Positions 58,933-64,000 of a DNA stretch of 64,000 nt are shown one piece after another. The DNA is taken from NCBI GenBank assembly GCA_044341215.1, contig JBIISC010000002.1, positions 26,427 through 90,426 of the forward strand, given 5' to 3'. The stretch comes from Candidatus Nanopelagicales bacterium (lineage in GTDB: Bacteria > Actinomycetota > Actinomycetes > S36-B12 > UBA5976). Position 1 is the first letter of the stretch. Each line of letters begins with the position of its first letter. The translations under genes and the position numbers were made by a program. The notes under the pieces are model-generated. The model was not told the DNA's origin and ran no database searches. It saw nothing but the letters and a program-made list of their open reading frames with translations.

Positions 58933-59918
58933 TTCAACCGCACTCTCGGGTCGATGACTGAGTACAAGATGTCAACGATCAAGTTTGCAACCACAATAAA
59001 TGCTGCTGCCAAAATAGTGGTACCGACAATCACTGGTAGGTCATATTGAATTACGGACTGAATCGTTAGTCGACCAAGACCTGGAATACTGAAAATCTTT
59101 TCAGTTACTACAGCGCCACCGAGCATAAATGCCAGGTCCAAGGCTGCCAAAGTGGTCAGTGGTGAAAGAGCTGGTCGCAAAGTGTGACGCCAAAGAATAG
59201 TTTTTTCAGGCAAGCCTTTTGCTCGCGCTGTACGCACGAAATCTTCCGAACCAGTTTCCAAAACAAATCCGCGTGTCAGTCGAGCATAAATTGCAAGTCC
59301 TGGAAGTGCTAGCACGATCCAAGGCAAGAACATTGTGGAAAAGAATTTCGGAAAGTTTTGATAAGGCTCGTAGTAATCCGGTGGTGGAATCCAACCGAAT
59401 TTTCCGATTAAGAATGTAAGTGCCATCTGACCAGTTAGGAATGTTGGCATTGATGTTGCAAAAACTGTTAGAACGTTGATGATGTGGTCTGGGGCACCGC
59501 CACGACGACGTGCCGCCCAAATACCGAGCAAGATGCCTGTTCCCACCCAAAGAGTTACAGATCCAATTGCCAACCAGATAGTTGGTGGCAGCGCAGTGAT
59601 AAGAAGTGATGTGACGCATTCTTGTCTAAAGAATGAATATCCAAGTGCAGGTGCTGGGCAAGAAAAAGCTGCAATCCCGTTGCCGTAATCGCGACCAATG
59701 AAAATTCCCTGCAAAAACTTTACGTATTGCTCCCACATTGGCAAGTCATAACCGAGACGGATTCGATTGGCTTCAATAACCTCGGTGGTGCAATTCTTTC
59801 CGCAAGTAAGGGAAGCTGGATCGAAAGGAAGTGCGGAAAATAGAACAAACACAACGAGACTGATTACAAAAAGTAATGCAATCGCGTATAGCGTGCGTCT
59901 AAAAATGTAGATTCCCAC
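58929..59918 (-). CDS. peptide ABC transporter permease (OppB/DppB-like)
   Basis: 329 aa, 6 TM helices. EAA-like loop DFVRTARAKGL. Confidence 0.9.
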   Translation of the reverse strand: MGIYIFRRTLYAIALLFVISLVVFVLFSALPFDPASLTCGKNCTTEVIEANRIRLGYDLPMWEQYVKFLQGIFIGRDYGNGIAAFSCPAPALGYSFFRQECVTSLLITALPPTIWLAIGSVTLWVGTGILLGIWAARRRGGAPDHIINVLTVFATSMPTFLTGQMALTFLIGKFGWIPPPDYYEPYQNFPKFFSTMFLPWIVLALPGLAIYARLTRGFVLETGSEDFVRTARAKGLPEKTILWRHTLRPALSPLTTLAALDLAFMLGGAVVTEKIFSIPGLGRLTIQSVIQYDLPVIVGTTILAAAFIVVANLIVDILYSVIDPRVRLK

Positions 59919-59992
59919 ACTTCACCTTTCTAGTTTGGTTTCAAGGTAGTGGGTTGGCGCTCGAAAGCGCCAACCCACCGATTTTTGATTAC

Positions 59993-61720
59993 TTAGTTCT
60001 TAACGCCGATGTCGTTAAATCCTGGGCAACCGTATGGCTGCCATAGGTAAACACCGGTTAGGTCAGAACCCCAGTGGTACTGAGTCTTTGTGAAAAGACC
60101 TGGTAGAACCCACATTTTTTCCATTACGTATTGGTTCAAAGCAGCCCATTGTGCACCTTGTGATGCGCGATCTGGGTTTGCCTTTGCTTCGTCAACCAAA
60201 GCTGCGAACGCTGCGTAATCTGGATCTGCTTTAGTCTGGCTAACGTTAAATCCACCATTGTCAATGAATAGTGGTGGAATAACTGTTGAAGCATTCAACC
60301 AGTCTGGACCCCAACCTGCAGCTGAAAGATCGCCCTGAGTTTCAGGGTTCAAAATCACACCGTAGTAAGAACCTGGATCGATGAAGTTTGCAACCAACTT
60401 GATGCCAACCTTTGCAAGGGCTTCTTGAGTGATAGCAAAGCCTTGACGTGCAACGTCACCGTCTGCGTAGTCGCGAGTAATACCCTCTGTTGTTACGCGG
60501 GTGTATTCATCTGGACATTCAGTCTTAGCTTGATCCATCAATTCTTGAGCCTTAGCAGTGTTACCTGCTGGATCTGCATCTTCGTAACCTGTTACTGCCT
60601 TGTAGTCAGTTGGCAAGTTTGCTGGCTTGATCACACCGTCAGCGAAATCGCCACCGAATTGTGATCCACCACCAAGTGCACGAAGTGCTTCACGGTCAGT
60701 CGCGTAGAAAACAGCTTGACGAATTGGCAAGCAAGTCATCTTTGCAACGTTAACAGCGGTGTATGTGACGTAGATGTCGTAGTCATTTAGACGACGGCTT
60801 TCCATGTCTGCACTGCTGAAAACTGCTTCTAGGTTGTCTGGGTAAATACCATCAAGGCTAAGTGCTGTTTTACCAGGACCGGTGCCGTTGATGATGTATT
60901 CGTCGATACCTTTTTCATCCTGAGCAAATTTCACTACAACTTTGTCTGGCAATGCTTTGCGGAATGGATCTGAATCAGCACTCCAGTTTTCATTGCGAAC
61001 CAAGTTAAGTGATTTACCTGTGGTGTAGGAATCAATCTTGTAAGGTCCTGAAGATACGATATTTTTATCATACGCTTCACCAACGTTGCCGCCTTCATCC
61101 AAAGGAACTGGTGAGAAGGTCAACAGTGCAGTTGTGTAGTTGAAGTCAGCCATTGGTGAGTTCAGGTGGAAAGTAATTGTCTTTCCATCTTCTGAACATT
61201 CAACAGCAGCATCAAACAACGCTTGTTGTTCTGCAGTTGCTTCGTATGGACCTGGGTAAGCAGCGTAGCCACCTTCAACGTCCAAGAAAGCTTCAGCAAA
61301 TGCAGGACCATCAGTTATGTCAGCTGCATAGCTACGGCTAACACCGTATGCAACTTCAGCACAAGTGATTGGTGAACCATCTTCAAAAGTGATTCCATCA
61401 CGAAGTGTGAATGTCCAGGTCTTCAAGTCTTCGCTTGGAGTACCAATGTCTGTTGCAAGGTCAGCAACTAGTTCAGTTCCTGCAGCGCCAGCACCTGGTG
61501 CATATGAAACTAGTGAACGGGTTAGGTAAGTGACAGAAAATGCCAAATCCTGACCTGTGTAGTTGCGTTGTGGATCTAGATGCAAGATCTGTTCAGCGTG
61601 TGTCAGATAAGTAACGGTTCCGCCCTTACCTGATTCTTCGCTAGTTCCGCATGCTGAAATCAGCAATGCAGAAACAGCGAACACGGCGCTGAGCTTTGCA
61701 CCGATTTTAGTTCGTGCCAT
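59993..61720 (-). CDS. ABC transporter family-5 (peptide/nickel) substrate-binding lipoprotein
   Basis: ATG 61720 follows AGGAGAG. Lipobox LLISAC. About 575 aa, typical of SBP_bac_5. Confidence 0.88.
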   Translation of the reverse strand: MARTKIGAKLSAVFAVSALLISACGTSEESGKGGTVTYLTHAEQILHLDPQRNYTGQDLAFSVTYLTRSLVSYAPGAGAAGTELVADLATDIGTPSEDLKTWTFTLRDGITFEDGSPITCAEVAYGVSRSYAADITDGPAFAEAFLDVEGGYAAYPGPYEATAEQQALFDAAVECSEDGKTITFHLNSPMADFNYTTALLTFSPVPLDEGGNVGEAYDKNIVSSGPYKIDSYTTGKSLNLVRNENWSADSDPFRKALPDKVVVKFAQDEKGIDEYIINGTGPGKTALSLDGIYPDNLEAVFSSADMESRRLNDYDIYVTYTAVNVAKMTCLPIRQAVFYATDREALRALGGGSQFGGDFADGVIKPANLPTDYKAVTGYEDADPAGNTAKAQELMDQAKTECPDEYTRVTTEGITRDYADGDVARQGFAITQEALAKVGIKLVANFIDPGSYYGVILNPETQGDLSAAGWGPDWLNASTVIPPLFIDNGGFNVSQTKADPDYAAFAALVDEAKANPDRASQGAQWAALNQYVMEKMWVLPGLFTKTQYHWGSDLTGVYLWQPYGCPGFNDIGVKN

Positions 61721-61819
61721 TTTCTCTCCTAACACGATGCGAATGTCTTTCATTCGCATTTTTCTAGATGCACTCGATCGATGCACACCTAGAAGTTTCT
61801 AAACCTCGCGGCTTAGAAA

Positions 61820-62797
61820 TTATTGGTTTCTTTCTAACTTCGGATCAAATGCATCCGATACTCCGGTTCCCACCAAGTTGAGCGCTGTTACCAAAATGAT
61901 CAGTGTGGTAGCAGGAATCAAAAAGTAAGTAGGGACGGTGTAAGCCTTTGCCACTGCCATCTCTAGCATCACACCCCAGGAAGGCATTGGTTCTTGAATA
62001 CCAATTCCTAAGAATGAGAGTGCTGCCTCAGTTGTTAAGAAGCCAGGCAATGACAAGCTCAAAAAGATAATTGCTTTAGGCCAAAGGCTTGGCAACAATT
62101 CTTTGAAAATAATCCGGCCATGAGATGCGCCGAGTGATTCTGCCGCAAGCACAAATTCACGTTCGCGCAATGACAAGACGTCTGACCGAATCAAGCGTGC
62201 AAGTCCGGCCCAGCCAAAAATTGTTAGCAATACAACCAGCAAAATTATTGTGGCAATGTTTTTGTCGTCAACTCCAAGTGCCACTTGCAAGCGTTCTGCC
62301 ATTGGCCGTGCAATTGCGATTAACATGAAGAAAGTTGGGAAAGCAAGAAGTAGATCGATTACTCGACCAATAGCTTCGTCAACTCGACCTTTGAAATAAC
62401 CAGCGATAAGGCCGATGACCATGCCGATGCTAATTGAAAGTACGGATGTAACTGTGGCGATGGTGATTGACGTGCGAGCACCAATAATCAGTCGTGCAAA
62501 AACGTCACGGCCAACACCCGGTTCCACGCCCAACCAGTGCACCGTTGAGATTCCGCCCCAAGGTCCAATTGGATTATTGAAGTTGTCCAAATCGATTGCG
62601 CTGCGATCCATTGCGTATGGGTCAAGATTGAGAATTGCGAGAATCGGCGAAGAAAGATAAGCAACCAAGAAGAAGAAGATTGAGATTCCAAGCGAAATCA
62701 TCGCGACCCGATTAAAACGGAAACGATCCCAACCAAGGCGCCAAGGGCTTCGGCCAGCAACAGCTTGCGTAGTGTCGACCTGCTTCGTTCGAGCCAC
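61820..62797 (-). CDS. peptide ABC transporter permease (OppC/DppC-like)
   Basis: 325 aa. EAA loop FVLAAESLGAS. GTG start 9 nt after GGAGG. Confidence 0.9.
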   Translation of the reverse strand: MARTKQVDTTQAVAGRSPWRLGWDRFRFNRVAMISLGISIFFFLVAYLSSPILAILNLDPYAMDRSAIDLDNFNNPIGPWGGISTVHWLGVEPGVGRDVFARLIIGARTSITIATVTSVLSISIGMVIGLIAGYFKGRVDEAIGRVIDLLLAFPTFFMLIAIARPMAERLQVALGVDDKNIATIILLVVLLTIFGWAGLARLIRSDVLSLREREFVLAAESLGASHGRIIFKELLPSLWPKAIIFLSLSLPGFLTTEAALSFLGIGIQEPMPSWGVMLEMAVAKAYTVPTYFLIPATTLIILVTALNLVGTGVSDAFDPKLERNQ

Positions 62798-62965
62798 GCT
62801 GCTATGCCTCCATCTTGATGTACTAGTCCGACCTAATTGAGAGGGTGAGACTAGGGGAAATGGCCCAGTTATTTAACCCCTGATTTCAACAAATAGGGCA
62901 TTTGTCCAATTTTTATGAGTGTTTGTAGAGGGTGTGTAACCAAATGGGGGTCTTTCGAACCCAAA

Positions 62966-64000
62966 TTAGTTGGCGTTTTTTGTCTTGGTCCGAACGCGAT
63001 CGCGGCCGTTCTTATCCAAAATCACCTTACGAATGCGAACGTGGCTAGGTGTTACCTCAATGCACTCATCTTCTCGGCAGAATTCCAAAGCTTGTTCGAG
63101 TGAAAGTAAACGTGCCGGAATCAGGCGCTCAAGCTCGTCCGCAGTTGCAGAACGAATGTTGTTGAGCTTCTTTTCCTTACATATGTTTACGTCCATGTCT
63201 TCACCGCGAGCGTTCTCACCAATGATCATGCCTTCATAAGTTTCGATGCCAGGCTCGACAAACAAAGAACCACGTTCTTGCAAAGCAAAACATGCAAACG
63301 AAGTAACTTGACCAGTTCGGTCTGCAACGAGTGAACCGTTTGGCCGGGTACGAATTTCACCAAACCATTGTTCGTATTTTTCAAATACGTGGTGGAGCAA
63401 TCCGGTTCCACGAGTTTCTGTTAAGAATTCAGTTCTAAAACCAATCAAACCGCGTGCAGGTACAAGGTATTCAAGACGAACCCAACCAGTGCCGTGGTTG
63501 ATCATTTGTTCCATGCGACCTTTGCGCGAACCAAGCAATTGCGTTACAGCTCCAACAAAATCTTCAGGTACGTCAACAGTTAGGCGTTCAACTGGCTCAT
63601 GCAATTTGCCATTTACTTCGCGAGTTACAACTTGTGGTTTACCAACTGTAAGTTCGTAACCTTCACGGCGCATCATTTCAACCAAAATAGCAAGTTGCAG
63701 TTCGCCACGTCCTTGAACTTCCCAAGCATCTGGTCGTTCAGTATCTAATACGCGCAATGAAACGTTACCGATTAATTCGGCATCGAGACGATTCTTCAGC
63801 AATCGTGAAGTCAATTTAGTTCCACTTCGACCAGCAAGGGGCGATGTATTAGTACCGATAGTCATGGAAATACTTGGTTCGTCAACTGTGATTACAGGCA
63901 ATGGGATTGGATTTTCTGCATCAGCAAGAGTTTCACCAATTGTGATTTCAGCAATACCGGCTACTGCCACGATGTCACCAGGGCCAGCTTTTTCAACTGA
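62966..64000 (-). CDS. typA: translational GTPase TypA/BipA (C-terminal part; 5' end outside window)
   Basis: Frame open to the window edge. EF-G-like domains II-V ([20 protein letters not shown]) and the TypA-specific C-terminal domain. Confidence 0.93.
   Translation of the reverse strand, partial: SVEKAGPGDIVAVAGIAEITIGETLADAENPIPLPVITVDEPSISMTIGTNTSPLAGRSGTKLTSRLLKNRLDAELIGNVSLRVLDTERPDAWEVQGRGELQLAILVEMMRREGYELTVGKPQVVTREVNGKLHEPVERLTVDVPEDFVGAVTQLLGSRKGRMEQMINHGTGWVRLEYLVPARGLIGFRTEFLTETRGTGLLHHVFEKYEQWFGEIRTRPNGSLVADRTGQVTSFACFALQERGSLFVEPGIETYEGMIIGENARGEDMDVNICKEKKLNNIRSATADELERLIPARLLSLEQALEFCREDECIEVTPSHVRIRKVILDKNGRDRVRTKTKNAN

Overview
This is a 64 kb stretch of core chromosome from an actinobacterium. 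By eye its GC content is well below the >60% typical of the phylum. My own tally of gaps gives about 3 kb non-coding, so roughly 95% is coding under the gene model below. I call about 70 protein genes and one tRNA (tRNA-Gln-UUG). I found no rRNA, transposase, integrase, phage gene, CRISPR array or cas gene.

The content is a chain of conserved actinobacterial housekeeping blocks:
- sdhCDAB, trpS, xthA, icd, mdh
- purH-purN-perM-like-sucD-sucC
- phoH2 and a cis-prenyltransferase
- greA, then eno-ftsB-DUF501-ppx
- mazG-mfd, then pth-rplY-prs-glmU with tRNA-Gln and a TetR gene
- tatB-htrA, DUF3117-tag, dapE/dapD, gltA, dapC-fdx
- cysS, mshB, an S9 peptidase, an Opp/Dpp-type peptide ABC operon, and typA

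Gene order within blocks follows the order I recall from Mycobacterium and Corynebacterium. I could not check this against any database.

I do not see a convincing large novel multi-gene system. The observations worth a second look are all small-scale:
- an AbrB-antitoxin / RelE-ParE-like toxin pair next to the sdh operon
- a 56-aa membrane ORF upstream of SURF1 that the ORF track misses
- an orphan 286-bp spacer holding a plus-strand-specific terminator hairpin (candidate sRNA or micro-ORF)
- unrelated short tandem repeat arrays in several of the few spacers, the largest being 6 units between cysS and mshB
- a recurring TANNNT-N6-start-codon signature at nine or more gene starts, which suggests leaderless mRNAs and includes an 18-bp dapE/dapD divergent spacer with a shared palindromic -10
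- six convergent gene pairs whose stop codons overlap or abut
- streamlining-type deviations: sigE-rseA absent from its usual locus, a short L25, and a half-size DUF305

All functional calls rest on motif recognition by eye. No searches were run.
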